In this document: positions 47,516-48,305 of the stretch, in pieces
Layout: each line of letters opens with the position of its first letter
Numbering within the stretch: the stretch's first letter is position 1
Virus record (IMG/VR): IMGVR_UViG_3300032157_000017
Span: 1 to 48,305 of that record
Length of the DNA stretch: 48,305 nt
Direction: 5' to 3' (one strand)
Source: a virus
Notes under the pieces: model-generated
What the model saw: only the letters and a program-made list of their open reading frames with translations
The model's database searches: none
What the model was told of the DNA's origin: nothing
Made by a program: the position numbers and the translations under genes

Positions 47516-48305
47516 GCGGCTCCTCTCTGTTGCTGGTTGGCGGGCGGCGCGGGGCGCGGCTGCGCCGGCGCGGCAGGTCCCGGGGGCGGGCCTCCTGCGC
47601 CGGGAGGTGCTCCGGGCGGAGCCATGCCGGGGGGCGGCATGGGCGGGCTCGTCGGCACGCCGAATTGCTGCGGGGGCGGGGGCGGCGCGCCGAGGAGCCC
47701 GATGAGGTCGTAGCGATTACGCGCCTCGAGGCTCTTCGAGATGACCGCGTACTTGAAGGCGAAGTTCTGCGCGAGCTCGGGCACGGCGTTCGGCATCTGG
47801 ACGAGCGCATCGGCCTCGCTGATGCGTTGGGAGGTGCTCGTGAACTTCAGGTCGGCGGAGAACTCGACGTCGTAGGGGCGGTCGTACATGTCACGCCCGA
47901 CGGAGAACGTCTGCTGCCCCATGGCGCCGACGGCGGGGTCGTGATTGTTCACGCTGAACCACTCGACGTCCTCGAGGAAGATCGCGTTCAGAAGGGCGTT
48001 GTTGATGAGCACCTGCGTGACGAAGTCGGCGTACTTCTGGGTGGGGACGCTGAGCATCTTCGTCGCCTGCTCGATGCGGGCGCTGATGCCCTGCGCGGTC
48101 TCGCCGCTCTTGCCGCTCTCGCCCGAGAGCACCTCCGGCGTGTTGCTCACCGTGTTGCCGAAGCGGACGAGCATCTCGATGAGCTGCAGGAACTGGGGGT
48201 TGGCCTGCCCGAACTCGAGCGGGACGATGTCCTTCGAGAGATCCACCGAGCCTTGCACGGTGTGGATCTTCCCCGGCGCGAGGCGGATGGTGTCGCCGTC
48301 CTGGA
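47512..48305 (-). CDS. Portal protein, C-terminal part (continues from 1..1595 through the terminal overlap), ending in a Pro-rich tail of about 58 aa
   Basis: Track ORF 47512..48258 is the same frame. The frame stays open to 48305 and is continuous with the minus frame of bases 128-1595. Confidence 0.8.
   Translation of the reverse strand, partial: QDGDTIRLAPGKIHTVQGSVDLSKDIVPLEFGQANPQFLQLIEMLVRFGNTVSNTPEVLSGESGKSGETAQGISARIEQATKMLSVPTQKYADFVTQVLINNALLNAIFLEDVEWFSVNNHDPAVGAMGQQTFSVGRDMYDRPYDVEFSADLKFTSTSQRISEADALVQMPNAVPELAQNFAFKYAVISKSLEARNRYDLIGLLGAPPPPPQQFGVPTSPPMPPPGMAPPGAPPGAGGPPPGPAAPAQPRPAPPANQQQRGAA
48179..48305. repeat. Terminal direct repeat, identical to 1..127
   Basis: Read directly. 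Confidence 0.95.

Overview
The window is one complete tailed-phage genome. Bases 1-127 are repeated exactly at 48179-48305, so the unique length is about 48,178 bp, and the portal gene is split across the two ends. G+C is high by eye, and about 90 tightly packed genes can be supported. I saw no tRNA, rRNA or CRISPR array.

Layout:
- **Late operon, minus strand.** It starts near 4389, runs left through the junction and ends at 22902. It encodes the large terminase, portal, scaffold-like protein, an HK97-type major capsid protein, a beta-helix protein, adaptor/nozzle-like proteins and four large internal/ejection-type proteins. One of those is extremely Q/N-rich and one carries a lytic-transglycosylase motif. 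It also encodes a 1314-aa repeat-rich tail fibre, a GT-A glycosyltransferase and a lysis cassette with an M15 peptidase.
- **Divergent-promoter switch (14981-15028).** It separates a leftward early operon from a rightward operon.
- **Leftward early operon (14970 down to 9702).** It opens with a LexA-DNA-binding-domain-only repressor and ends with SSB.
- **Rightward operon (15230-22901).** It encodes an Xis-like HTH protein, a 553-aa tyrosine integrase, a sigma-region-4-like HTH protein, a replication organiser, a J-domain protein and a second LexA-DBD-only protein. It also encodes a FEN exonuclease fused to a Rad52-like annealase and a Vsr/DUF559-like nuclease.
- **Two small-gene blocks, plus strand (4350-6449 and 6902-9700).** They flank the largest non-coding gap, which holds a dense array of the 9-mer CACTGAACA.

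The most interesting items are:
- the 9-mer array
- the exonuclease-annealase fusion
- a codon-atypical patch with a perfect inverted repeat inside the integrase 3' end, a possible intragenic attP as in phage Mx8
- two lipoprotein morons, one of them a zincin protease
- the Q/N-rich virion protein
- a recent 735-bp duplication in the fibre gene

Many track ORFs are over-extended. True starts are often GTG or ATG in 4-nt overlaps with the preceding stop. No homology search could be run, so every functional call rests on motifs I could read, gene order and composition. The host is probably a high-GC Gram-negative bacterium; Myxococcota is only a guess.
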